The notes beneath the pieces are model-generated. The model was given only the letters and a program-made list of their open reading frames with translations, was not told where the DNA came from and did not search any database. Both the position numbers and the translations under genes were made by a program. DNA of 64,000 bases. Origin: an uncultured Verrucomicrobiae bacterium. GTDB lineage: Bacteria; Verrucomicrobiota; Verrucomicrobiia; Chthoniobacterales; UBA10450. This document shows, piece after piece, positions 28,023 to 37,600 of the stretch (position 1 is its first letter; the number at the start of each line of letters is the position of its first letter). The stretch spans positions 192,001-256,000 of the forward strand of contig CAWFGO010000001.1 in NCBI GenBank assembly GCA_963815455.1. The letters run 5' to 3'.

Positions 28023-30251
28023 ATGCCGTTTCAGCTCGAGTCGAACTACCAGCCACGTGGCGACCAGGGCCAGGCCATAGCCAAGCTGATCAAGTCCGTC
28101 CAAGCCGGTAACCGGCATCAGACGCTGCTTGGCGTGACCGGATCGGGGAAGACGTTCACGATCGCGAATGTCATCCGTGAGGTCGATCGGCCGACCCTGG
28201 TGATTTCGCACAACAAGACGCTGGCCGCGCAGCTTTACTCCGAGTTCAAACAATTTTTCCCGAAAAACGCGGTCGAATATTTCGTCAGCTACTTCGATTA
28301 TTACCAGCCGGAAGCGTACATCCCGCGCTCGGACACCTACATCGAGAAGGATTCGTCAATCAATGAGGAGATCGAGCGGCTCCGGCTTTCGACAGCGAGC
28401 TCCTTGCTTTCACGACGCGATGTGATCGTAGTGGCCAGCGTTTCGTGCATCTATGGCGTGACTTCTCCGGAGGATTACGAACGGATGCTGCTCACGGTGA
28501 AGCGGGGCCAACAAGTCAGTCGAGAGGCGGTGCTCGGTCGTTTGATCGACATGTTATACGAGCGCAACGACGTCAGTTTTTCCCGGGGCAGGTTTCGCGT
28601 GCGCGGCGACGTGGTCGAGGTGTATCCGGCCACCGCCGACGAAGAAGGGATTCGCCTCGAGTTTTTCGGCGACGAGCTCGATGCCATTACCCGGTTCGAT
28701 CCTCTCACCGGTCATGCTCATGAATCGCTCGGCATGATCACATTTTTCCCGGCCAAACAATTCGTGACGCCGGCGGACAAACTGAATCGCGCTCTGGGCA
28801 CGATCCGAACCGAGCTTGAGCAACGAATCATCGAACTCGAGTCGCATGACAAATTACTCGAAGCCCAACGGCTTCGGATGCGTACCGAATACGACTTGGA
28901 GATGTTGCAGGAAATGGGTTTTTGCAATGGCATCGAGAATTACTCGCGCCATTTGTCGGGACGCCCGCCCGGATCGAAGCCGTACACGATCATCGATTTC
29001 TTTCCGAAGGATTTTCTCGTCGTGGTGGACGAATCGCACGCCACGATCCCGCAAATCGGCGGAATGTACGAAGGCGACCGCTCGCGTAAGACGGTGTTGG
29101 TCAATTACGGTTTTCGTCTGCCCAGCGCGCTCGACAATCGCCCCCTGAATTTCGACGAGTTCATGAAGACCACCAACCAGCTCATTTATGCCAGCGCGAC
29201 CCCGGCTGAGTTTGAGATTCAAAACAGCATCGCGGGAAACGACAAATATTTTCCGCACAAACGGCAGCGAATTGGCCAGGACGAACCAGTCCCGTTTGTG
29301 TTGCCCGGAGAGAAACGCCCAACGCTCAACGCCCAACGCTCAACGCTCAATGAAGGCGTGCAAATTTCGCGCACCGACGAGCCGGTGGAGAAATTCGATG
29401 TTCACACGCCGGGCGCCCAGCTCGTGGTTGAACAGATCATTCGGCCGACTGGTCTTCTCGATCCAAAAATCACCATCAAACCGCTCAAACAGCAGATTGA
29501 CGACACGATCGAGCTTTGCCGGCAGCGGGTTGAAAAAGGCGAGCGCGTTCTCATCACGACTTTGACGAAACGCACGGCCGAAGATCTGGCCGATTATTTG
29601 CGCGATGTCGGATTGAAAGTGCGCTACTTGCACAGCGACATCGACACGATCGAGCGGGTGGAAATCTTGCGCGGGCTGCGGGCCGCCGATTTCGACATTC
29701 TTGTCGGAATTAATCTGCTTCGCGAAGGTCTCGATCTTCCCGAGGTGTCGCTGGTCTGCATCCTCGACGCCGACAAGGAAGGTTTTCTGCGCAGCCAAAC
29801 TTCGCTTATCCAGACCGCCGGGCGCGCTGCGCGACACGTGAATGGCGAGGTGGTTCTCTTTGCCGATCAAATGACACGCAGCATGGAAGCGCTCATCTCG
29901 ATCTCCGAATACCGGCGGGCCAAGCAAATGGAATACAACGAAAAGCACGGGATCACGCCGCAAACGGTGCGTCGCGCGGTCCAGGAAAGCCTGCACACAA
30001 TCCTGCGCGGTCGCGAAATCGCTGCCTCGGTGATTCAGGAAGCCGGCGGCGATTTCAATATCACCGAATTGCTCCGCGAACTCGAAGACGAAATGCAACA
30101 GGCTTCGGCCAATCTCGAATTCGAACGCGCCGCGCTTCTGCGGGACCAGATCATGGAAGTCAAAAGCGGCGCCGGCATCGCAAAAATCGAACCCAAGCGC
30201 CGCCCGGTTAAGTACACGCGTAACGCCGGACGGCGTGGTTCGCGCGTTTAA
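28023..30251 (+). CDS. uvrB: excinuclease ABC subunit B
   Basis: GVTGSGKT, YDYYQPEAY-like segment, DESH, GINLLREGLD, C-terminal UVR domain. Confidence 0.97.
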   Translation: MPFQLESNYQPRGDQGQAIAKLIKSVQAGNRHQTLLGVTGSGKTFTIANVIREVDRPTLVISHNKTLAAQLYSEFKQFFPKNAVEYFVSYFDYYQPEAYIPRSDTYIEKDSSINEEIERLRLSTASSLLSRRDVIVVASVSCIYGVTSPEDYERMLLTVKRGQQVSREAVLGRLIDMLYERNDVSFSRGRFRVRGDVVEVYPATADEEGIRLEFFGDELDAITRFDPLTGHAHESLGMITFFPAKQFVTPADKLNRALGTIRTELEQRIIELESHDKLLEAQRLRMRTEYDLEMLQEMGFCNGIENYSRHLSGRPPGSKPYTIIDFFPKDFLVVVDESHATIPQIGGMYEGDRSRKTVLVNYGFRLPSALDNRPLNFDEFMKTTNQLIYASATPAEFEIQNSIAGNDKYFPHKRQRIGQDEPVPFVLPGEKRPTLNAQRSTLNEGVQISRTDEPVEKFDVHTPGAQLVVEQIIRPTGLLDPKITIKPLKQQIDDTIELCRQRVEKGERVLITTLTKRTAEDLADYLRDVGLKVRYLHSDIDTIERVEILRGLRAADFDILVGINLLREGLDLPEVSLVCILDADKEGFLRSQTSLIQTAGRAARHVNGEVVLFADQMTRSMEALISISEYRRAKQMEYNEKHGITPQTVRRAVQESLHTILRGREIAASVIQEAGGDFNITELLRELEDEMQQASANLEFERAALLRDQIMEVKSGAGIAKIEPKRRPVKYTRNAGRRGSRV

Positions 30252-30257
30252 AATGTT

Positions 30258-30281
30258 GTAGCCGGGATCGATGATCCCGGC
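30258..30281. repeat. single family C-like REP between converging uvrB and mgtE
   Basis: GTAGCCGGGATCGATGATCCCGGC. Confidence 0.7.
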
Positions 30282-30286
30282 CGCTT

Positions 30287-31684
30287 TCAGAACACTGCCC
30301 CGCCCATGATGAGCAAAGCAATACTGAAATAAATGATTAGCCCGGTAACATCGACAAGCGTAGCCACGAACGGCGCGGAGGACGTCGCGGGGTCGGCACC
30401 AATCCGGCGCAAGAGAAACGGTAGCATCGATCCGGAAAGGGAGCCCCACAAGACCACTCCCACCAGAGCAATGCCCACGGTGAGAGCGACCAACGGCCAG
30501 TGTTCGCCGTATGGTTGACGATGGAAATAATTTTCACCGATCATGGCCCAGGCGCTCACGCGAATAACACCGATCAGCCCCAGAATTCCCCCGAGAGCGA
30601 GACCGGCCTGAATTTCGCGGCCCATTACCCGCCACCAATCGCGCAAGTGCACCTCGCCCAGCGCCATGGCCCGGATCATCAACGTTGATGCCTGCGAGCC
30701 GGAGTTGCCGCCGCTGGAGATGATTAACGGCAGGAACAACGCCAGGACCAGCGCTTTGGCGAGCTCGTCCTGATATGCCGCCATCGCCGTCGCGGTCAAC
30801 ATTTCACCCAGGAACAACACCACCAGCCAAACCGCCCGCTTTCGCACCATCTGATAAAAGGAAAGACGCATGTATGGTTCATCCAAGGCTTCCACGCCGC
30901 CGAATTTCTGAATGTCCTCAGTCGCTTCTTCCTCGGCCACGTCGAGCATGTCGTCGATGGTGACGATGCCCACCAGCACGCCGCTCGAATCGACCACCGG
31001 AAGCGCGGTGCGATCGTACTTGCGAAAAACATTCAGCGCGTCCTGCTGAGAATCGGTCACGTTTAACGCCACGAAAGTTTTTTGCATCAAGTCGCGGACC
31101 GAATGAGCCAGAGGTTTGAGCAAAAACTCGCGCATCCGGATGTCGTCGATGAGTTTGCCGCGAGCATCGACAACGTAGATGACGTTGAGGGTTTCGCTGT
31201 CCTGACCGTGTTCGCGGATGTAATCGAGCACTTCCTGCACGGTCCAGTTTTCGTCCACGGCAATAAAATCCGGCGTCATCAACCGGCCGACGCTGCCTTC
31301 CGGATAGCCCAGCAACGCTTGCGCGATTCGCCGTTCCTCAGGCGTGAGTAATTTGATCAACTGCCGCGACGCCGCGCTCGGCATTTCCTCCAGCAGCGCC
31401 GTGCGATCGTCCGGCGACATTTCATTCAGAATGGCCACGACCTGTTCGTGCGCCATCGCCCGCAGCAATGTCTGTTGCGCCTCCAGATCGAGATACTCGA
31501 AAACGTCCGCCGCCAGGGCCGAGGGCAAGACGCGGAAGATGATCACTCGATCGTTTTCATCCATGTCGAGGATCACCTCCGCGACGTCGGCCGGCGGCCA
31601 TTCCCGGAACATCTCCCGCAACGCGCCGAAGCTGCGCGCCTCGATCAGGCTCTTGATTTCGGGAAGTAAGAGTTTGCCGACCAT
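30287..31684 (-). CDS. mgtE: magnesium transporter MgtE
   Basis: MgtE N domain, CBS pair, [23 protein letters not shown]. Confidence 0.95.
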   Translation of the reverse strand: MVGKLLLPEIKSLIEARSFGALREMFREWPPADVAEVILDMDENDRVIIFRVLPSALAADVFEYLDLEAQQTLLRAMAHEQVVAILNEMSPDDRTALLEEMPSAASRQLIKLLTPEERRIAQALLGYPEGSVGRLMTPDFIAVDENWTVQEVLDYIREHGQDSETLNVIYVVDARGKLIDDIRMREFLLKPLAHSVRDLMQKTFVALNVTDSQQDALNVFRKYDRTALPVVDSSGVLVGIVTIDDMLDVAEEEATEDIQKFGGVEALDEPYMRLSFYQMVRKRAVWLVVLFLGEMLTATAMAAYQDELAKALVLALFLPLIISSGGNSGSQASTLMIRAMALGEVHLRDWWRVMGREIQAGLALGGILGLIGVIRVSAWAMIGENYFHRQPYGEHWPLVALTVGIALVGVVLWGSLSGSMLPFLLRRIGADPATSSAPFVATLVDVTGLIIYFSIALLIMGGAVF

Positions 31685-31757
31685 AACGGAGCGTAGGAAG
31701 CGCCGCCGAGTTTTAACACCGGGCTCGAACAAGCGCAATCGTTCAACGGTTCTGGAA

Positions 31758-31783
31758 ACGCCCCGACAGACCGGGACGGCTAC
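31758..31783. repeat. GTAG-type REP (family J)
   Basis: ACGCCCCGACAGACCGGGACGGCTAC; the reverse complement matches the unit at 60140. Confidence 0.65.
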
Positions 31784-31829
31784 ACGTCTGCGCTTGGAAT
31801 TAATCGGAAACCGTCCAAAATAACAGCCA

Positions 31830-33950
31830 ATGCCAGCAACACTCACCGGCTCAATGATCCAACGCGAAATCGGGAACGATCACATTTGCGTGCTCACATT
31901 TGATCGCCCCGAATCGGGCGCGAACATTTTCGACGCGCCGACGCTGAGCGATCTCAGTAAACATGTCGATGTTATTGAGAAGGATCAGTCGCTGCGCGGT
32001 CTGATCATTACATCAGCGAAAAAATCGATCTTCATCGCCGGCGCCGATTTGCAGACGCTCCTTCGCCAGGCGGAGAGCGGCGAACTCGGCGCGTTCATTG
32101 CCAATGGACAACAGGTTTTCAATCGGATTGCCGCGTTGAAAATTCCAACCGTAGCTGCCATCAATGGCGCCTGCGCCGGGGGCGGTTATGAAGTTACCCT
32201 GGCCTGCGATTATCGCATCGCTTCCGATGAACCGGCTACGCGTATCGGGCTCCCGGAAACGACACTCGGCCTGGTCCCCGCTTGGGGCGGATGTACTCGC
32301 CTTCCACGCTTGATCGGCCCGCCAGGTGCCGGCGAGGTAATTCTCAACGGTAAACTCCATTCCGCGCGCGAGGCATTGAAGATCGGCCTGGTTGATGAAG
32401 TCGCGCCCCGCGAGCAATTACTCGACGCAGCTCGCAAGAAAATTTCGTCCGGCAAACGTCCGAAGTCGTCGCCGCCACATGTCGAAACCCAGGCGAAACC
32501 GCCGCATTCGCCTGGAAATGAAGCACCCGCCCGCGCATTCGACATCGTTCACCGGGCCCTCGCCAGTTCGGTTGAAGAATCGCTCCAGCGCGAACTCGAT
32601 GCGATTGTCGATCTTGGCAACACCGAACCGACCCGGAATCTAATCCGCAATTTCTTCCTGGCCGACAAATACAAGAAGGGAACAACCAAGGCGCCCGCCG
32701 AAAAAATTGCCCACGCGGTGGTGGTCGGGGCCGGGGTGATGGGATCGGGCATCGCCCAATGGCTGAGTTCTCGCGGCGTGACCGTGATCTTGCGCGACGT
32801 GAGCCGCGAGTTTGTCGATCGCGGTCTGGCCAACATCGAGAAAACCTACGCCGAGGCTGTGAAACGCGGCTTCATAAGCGAGGAGAAAGCGAAGGAAGGC
32901 CGTGCTCGCATCATCTGTTCAACCGCCCACGTGCAATTGCGCGACGTTCAGATCGTGATCGAAGCGGCCTCGGAGAAGATCGACATCAAAAAGGAAATTT
33001 TCCGCGAGCTTTCGGCCGAAGCGCCCAAGGCGATTCTGGCGACAAATACTTCGGCGCTTTCCATCAGCGAGCTGGGCGCCTGCACCGACGCGCCCGCTCG
33101 CGTGATCGGTCTTCATTTTTTTAATCCGGTCAGTCGGATGAAGCTGGTCGAAGTTGTCGTTGGCAAAAAAACTTCGGATGAAACGCGCGACCGCGCTCTC
33201 GCTTTTGCTCGGCAGATCGGGAAACTGCCGGTCGTCGTGCGCGATAGCCCCGGGTTCTTGGTTAATCGCGTTTTGTTCCCTTACCTGCTCTATGCCGCCG
33301 ATCTTTTCGAAAACGGTGTCGCCGCGGAGAAGATCGACAATGCCCTTTTGGAATGGGGCATGCCGATGGGTCCACTGCGTCTGATCGATGAGATCGGCGT
33401 CGATATCACGGTCGATATCGCCGACACACTGGCCAAAGCCTATGGCCGCCGTGACGAGAGCCCGAAGATTTTGCGCGAGATGCAATCAGCGAAAATGCTC
33501 GGACGCAAGACCGGCGCCGGTTTTTACAAATACGAAGGCAAACAGCAAGCTGCGAATGAAACGGTGGAAAAGTGGCGTGGCTCTTCATCAAGTCATCCTG
33601 AGCGAAGCGAAGGACCTCACAAGCCATCGACGGACACTCGCGAGATTCTTCGCTCCGCTCAGAATGACAACCAGGAAATTGCCCATCGCCTCGTCTTCCT
33701 AATGATCAACGAAGCCGCGCGGTGTCTCGAAGAAGGCGTCGTGGCCTCGCCGGAAGACGCCGATTACGGAATGATTCTCGGGACAGGTTTCGCGCCGTTT
33801 CGCGGTGGGCCGCTGCGCTTCGCCGAACATTTCGGTATCAAGAAACTGGTCGGCGAAATGGAACGGCTCGCCAAAACTGACGAAAAGTTTGCTCCGTGCG
33901 ATTTTCTGAAAAAACATGCACGAGACGGAACTACATTCTATAACAGGTAG
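31830..33950 (+). CDS. fadJ: enoyl-CoA hydratase / 3-hydroxyacyl-CoA dehydrogenase (FadJ/FadB-like)
   Basis: [38 protein letters not shown]. Confidence 0.85.
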   Translation: MPATLTGSMIQREIGNDHICVLTFDRPESGANIFDAPTLSDLSKHVDVIEKDQSLRGLIITSAKKSIFIAGADLQTLLRQAESGELGAFIANGQQVFNRIAALKIPTVAAINGACAGGGYEVTLACDYRIASDEPATRIGLPETTLGLVPAWGGCTRLPRLIGPPGAGEVILNGKLHSAREALKIGLVDEVAPREQLLDAARKKISSGKRPKSSPPHVETQAKPPHSPGNEAPARAFDIVHRALASSVEESLQRELDAIVDLGNTEPTRNLIRNFFLADKYKKGTTKAPAEKIAHAVVVGAGVMGSGIAQWLSSRGVTVILRDVSREFVDRGLANIEKTYAEAVKRGFISEEKAKEGRARIICSTAHVQLRDVQIVIEAASEKIDIKKEIFRELSAEAPKAILATNTSALSISELGACTDAPARVIGLHFFNPVSRMKLVEVVVGKKTSDETRDRALAFARQIGKLPVVVRDSPGFLVNRVLFPYLLYAADLFENGVAAEKIDNALLEWGMPMGPLRLIDEIGVDITVDIADTLAKAYGRRDESPKILREMQSAKMLGRKTGAGFYKYEGKQQAANETVEKWRGSSSSHPERSEGPHKPSTDTREILRSAQNDNQEIAHRLVFLMINEAARCLEEGVVASPEDADYGMILGTGFAPFRGGPLRFAEHFGIKKLVGEMERLAKTDEKFAPCDFLKKHARDGTTFYNR

Positions 33951-34009
33951 GGACGCATCTCCGAGGCGTCCGTCGAAACCAGTCGGCGCGCTCGGAGAGC
34001 ACGCCCTAC
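33947..34009. repeat. GTAG-type REP doublet (family G)
   Basis: GTAGGGACGCATCTCCGAGGCGTCCG ... CGGCGCGCTCGGAGAGCACGCCCTAC. Confidence 0.75.
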
Positions 34010-34019
34010 CTGGGAAAAT

Positions 34020-35972
34020 ATGAACTCACCACTCGAAGCTCCGGAAAAACAGATTGCCGCGGAAACCAGCGCGAAACCGGCGAAGCCGGCCGCGGAGGTG
34101 ATCGACACGTCAAAAATGTCGAAGGGCCAGCGCGAGGCGCTCGAGCTGACTGAAGCGTCGCGCGATCCCCTGGACGATCGCGGCAGTTTCGCCAGCAATC
34201 TCTTTATTGGCCGCTACGATTTCGGCCGGATCCATCCTTATCCGGAACAGGCAGCCGACGATCGCGCTGCCGGGGCGGAGTTTCTCAGCAGCCTGAAAAA
34301 ATATCTGCGCGAAAACATCGACGCGGACGAGATCGATCGGACCGGCGAGATTCCGCAAAAGAACATCGACGAGTTGTTCGCGATGGGCGCGTTCGGCGTA
34401 AAAATCCCGAAGCAGTACGACGGACTCGGATTATCGCAGGTCAACTACGGGCGCGCGGCGATGTTGCTCGGCAGCTGGGACGCAAATCTCACCGCGCTCC
34501 TTTCGGCGCATCAATCGATCGGCGTGCCGCAACCTTTGTTGTTATTCGGCACCGAAGAGCAAAAGAAAAAATACTTGCCGCGAGTCGCGCGCAAAGAAAT
34601 CTCCGCGTTTGCTCTTACGGAATGGAATGCCGGGTCCGATCCGGCAAATATGAGCTTGAAAGCCGAGCCGACTGAAGACGGCTCCGCGTTTATAATGAAT
34701 GGCGAGAAACTTTGGTGCACAAACTTAATCAAGGCCGGCGTCCTCGTGGTCATGGCGCGAACACCGCCGAAAATTGTGAACGGCCGGGAGCGCAAACAGA
34801 TCACTGCGTTTATCGTCGAAGTGAATTCGCCCGGCTTGGAGATTACCTATCGCTGCCACTTCATGGGGCTGCGCGCGCTGTACAACGGGATCGTGAAATT
34901 CACCAACGTGCGGGTGCCGCGTGAAAACATGATCGCCAAGGAAGGCCAGGGATTAAAAGTCGCGCTTACGACTTTGAACACGGGGCGCCTGACGATTCCC
35001 GCGGCGTGCGTCGGATTGTCGAAGCGGCTGCTCGATATCTGCCGGAAATGGGCCAGCGAACGCGTCCAATGGGGTGTGCCGATCGGGCAGCACGCCGCCA
35101 TTGCCGGAAAAATTGCGGAGATGGCCGGCAATGTGTTTGCCATGGAAGCAATCACGTTTCTGACGTCGTCGATGGTAGATCGCAAAGCCGGCGACCTGCG
35201 GATCGAGACCGCAATGTGCAAAATGTGGGCGACGGAAATGACCTGGAAGATTGCTGATGACGCGATGCAGGTGCGCGGCGGACGCGGTTATGAGACTGCG
35301 GAATCGCTGGCCGGGCGCGGCGAAGAACCAATCGCGGTCGAACGTTTCCTGCGCGATTGCCGGATCAATCTGATCTTCGAAGGCTCAAGCGAAATCATGC
35401 GGCTGTTCATTGCCCGCGAAGCGCTCGACCCGCATTTGAAAGTCGGCGGCGGAATTTTCAATACGCAGCTGCCAATGTCCGAGCGCGCGAAAGCCGTTTT
35501 TACTTCCGGGAAGTTCTACGCCGGCTGGTACCCGCGCCAGTGGTTGCCCGGCAATGCCGGCAACATCGACAATCTGCACGAAACATTGCGCGGGCACGTC
35601 AATTACGGTGCGAGAGCGAGCAAACGACTGGCCCGCGGATTATTTCACGCCATGGCCCGGTTCGGTCCAAAGCTCGATCGGGAGCAGCTGCTTCTTTCCA
35701 GATTTGTCGGGATCGCCACGGAATTGTTTGCCATGAGCGCGACTTGCTCATTTGCTCAATCCAAGATCGACAACTCCGAAAGTTTTCGCGAGCAGGGTGG
35801 CGAACCGCGCGAAGAAATTCTTTCCCTGGCCGATTACTTCTGCCGTTCGGCGCGCCAACGAATCGATCATCATTTTGCCGGCACCAGTCGCAACGCCGAC
35901 AAGCGCGGTTATCAGCTCACCCAGGAATTGATGGCCGGGAAACACTCAAGCCTGCGCGACGGGATCGTGTAG
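34020..35972 (+). CDS. acyl-CoA dehydrogenase (long, VLCAD-like)
   Basis: AFALTE..GSD, NGEKLWCTN, GGRGYE, IFEGSSEI. Confidence 0.92.
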   Translation: MNSPLEAPEKQIAAETSAKPAKPAAEVIDTSKMSKGQREALELTEASRDPLDDRGSFASNLFIGRYDFGRIHPYPEQAADDRAAGAEFLSSLKKYLRENIDADEIDRTGEIPQKNIDELFAMGAFGVKIPKQYDGLGLSQVNYGRAAMLLGSWDANLTALLSAHQSIGVPQPLLLFGTEEQKKKYLPRVARKEISAFALTEWNAGSDPANMSLKAEPTEDGSAFIMNGEKLWCTNLIKAGVLVVMARTPPKIVNGRERKQITAFIVEVNSPGLEITYRCHFMGLRALYNGIVKFTNVRVPRENMIAKEGQGLKVALTTLNTGRLTIPAACVGLSKRLLDICRKWASERVQWGVPIGQHAAIAGKIAEMAGNVFAMEAITFLTSSMVDRKAGDLRIETAMCKMWATEMTWKIADDAMQVRGGRGYETAESLAGRGEEPIAVERFLRDCRINLIFEGSSEIMRLFIAREALDPHLKVGGGIFNTQLPMSERAKAVFTSGKFYAGWYPRQWLPGNAGNIDNLHETLRGHVNYGARASKRLARGLFHAMARFGPKLDREQLLLSRFVGIATELFAMSATCSFAQSKIDNSESFREQGGEPREEILSLADYFCRSARQRIDHHFAGTSRNADKRGYQLTQELMAGKHSSLRDGIV

Positions 35973-35973
35973 C

Positions 35974-36080
35974 GGGAGCGCACGCTTCCAGCGTGCTGTT
36001 TGCGGCATCTTGCCGCAAACTCTCGGATTGATCGTGTTCGGCAGGATGCCGACCACAGCACGCAAGATGCGTGCGCTCCC
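35974..36080. repeat. GGGAGCGCACGC-type REP doublet (family H)
   Basis: GGGAGCGCACGCTTCCAGCGTGC ... GCACGCAAGATGCGTGCGCTCCC with internal GGCATCTTGCC / GGCAGGATGCC. Confidence 0.75.
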
Positions 36081-36082
36081 CA

Positions 36083-36111
36083 TTGACCACATTCGCCCTC
36101 CAGACTACCAT
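36083..36111 (+). promoter_or_regulatory. putative sigma70 promoter of lat (leaderless)
   Basis: TTGACC, 17 bp, TACCAT, 6 bp, ATG at 36118. Confidence 0.6.
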
Positions 36112-36117
36112 CAACAG

Positions 36118-37503
36118 ATGAGTATGCCGCCCGTGCTCACGGAAACGGCTTCACCTCGAAGCCGTGCCCAAAAGAGCGAAAAAGCAGACCGAATAATGCC
36201 CGCGAACGTTCTGGAAACGATCGAGCAGCACGTTTTGCTCGACGGTTTCAAGATCGTGATCGATCTCGAAAAGAGCCGGGGCTCATATATATATGATGCC
36301 GCCAGCGATCGCCGCCTGATCGATCTCTACGGGTTTTTCGGCTCGATGCCGGTCGCGTTCAATCATCCGCACTTCGACGATGTCGATGTTCAACGCGATC
36401 TTTTGCAAGCGGCCAAGATTAAGATCGCAAATTCGGATGTTTACTCGGCCGGTTACGCCGAGTTCGTCGATACCTTTGAACGCGTCGTTGGTTTGCCACC
36501 GCTCGAACGCTATCTCTTTATCGAAGGCGGCGCGCTCGCGATCGAAAACACGCTCAAGGCGGCGATGGACTGGAAGGTGCGCAAGAATATGGCGGCCGGC
36601 CAGGGCGAGCGTGGGACTCAGATCTTGCATTTCCGGCGCGCCTTTCACGGACGGAGCGGTTACACGATGAGCCTCACCAATACCGACCCGCGCAAGACCG
36701 ATTTGTTCGCAAAGTTCGATTGGCCGCGTGTTTCCTGCCCCTGCGTCGATTTCTCTCTGCCGGAATCGGAGCGCGAAGCCGAGGTGATCGGGCGCGAGAA
36801 AAAATCGGAGGCCGAGATCCGCGACTTTCTGGCCCAGCGCAAGATCGACATCTGCGCCATTATCATCGAGCCGATCCAGGGCGAAGGCGGCGACAATCAT
36901 TTCCGCGGCGAATGGCTGCAAACATTGAGAAAGATTTGCGACGAGAACGACGTTCTGCTGATTTTTGACGAGATACAATGCGGCATGGGCGCGACCGGTC
37001 GCAATTGGTGTTGCGAACATTTTGGTGTTCTCCCCGACCTGCTTGCGTTCGGCAAGAAAGCGCAAGTGTGCGGCGTAATGGCCGGGCCGCGGCTGGACGA
37101 AGTGAAAGACAACGCGTTTCGCCTGTCGAGCCGGTTGAATTCAACCTGGGGCGGGAATTTCACCGACATGGTTCGCTCGACTCATTACCTGCGCATCATC
37201 GAAGAAGAACATCTGGTGGAGAACGCCGGAAAGGTGGGCGCATATTTTCTGGATCAACTGCGGGATTTGCAACGCGACGAGCCGACGATTTCCGGCGTCC
37301 GCGGCCGGGGGATGTTTCTCGCCTTCGATCTTCCCGATCCAAAGACGCGCGAGGAATTCTGGAAGGGCCTGTTCGCACTCGGCGCTCTCACCCTTCGCTC
37401 GGGAGAAAATTCGATTCGTTTTCGTCCCGCGCTCGATATGACAGCGGATGTTGTCGATGAAGCGATGGGGCTGATTCGTAAATTCTGCAGGAGTCGGAAA
37501 TGA
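36118..37503 (+). CDS. lat: L-lysine 6-transaminase (class III PLP)
   Basis: GGALAIENTLKAAMDWKVRKN, AFHGRSGYTMSLTNT, EPIQGEGGDNH, FGKK, STWGG. Confidence 0.9.
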   Translation: MSMPPVLTETASPRSRAQKSEKADRIMPANVLETIEQHVLLDGFKIVIDLEKSRGSYIYDAASDRRLIDLYGFFGSMPVAFNHPHFDDVDVQRDLLQAAKIKIANSDVYSAGYAEFVDTFERVVGLPPLERYLFIEGGALAIENTLKAAMDWKVRKNMAAGQGERGTQILHFRRAFHGRSGYTMSLTNTDPRKTDLFAKFDWPRVSCPCVDFSLPESEREAEVIGREKKSEAEIRDFLAQRKIDICAIIIEPIQGEGGDNHFRGEWLQTLRKICDENDVLLIFDEIQCGMGATGRNWCCEHFGVLPDLLAFGKKAQVCGVMAGPRLDEVKDNAFRLSSRLNSTWGGNFTDMVRSTHYLRIIEEEHLVENAGKVGAYFLDQLRDLQRDEPTISGVRGRGMFLAFDLPDPKTREEFWKGLFALGALTLRSGENSIRFRPALDMTADVVDEAMGLIRKFCRSRK

Positions 37504-37512
37504 ACACGACAT

Positions 37513-37598
37513 GGTGGATCGTGCGCTCCGCGCGCGATGCTAAAATAGTGGCGGCGAAGCCGCGTCGATTACCACCGCCCGCGGAGCAGCCGGTCCAC
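37513..37598. repeat. family F REP doublet
   Basis: GGTGGATCGTGCGCTCCGCGCGCGAT ... GCGGAGCAGCCGGTCCAC. Confidence 0.7.
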
Positions 37599-37600
37599 TT

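Noticed and set aside
31685..31829. Mg2+ riboswitch upstream of mgtE
   Set aside because: The gap is short, shared with a divergent gene and contains a REP. No M-box motif was recognisable.
35973..36117. Lysine riboswitch upstream of lat
   Set aside because: The structure is a family H REP doublet, and the predicted promoter lies downstream of it.
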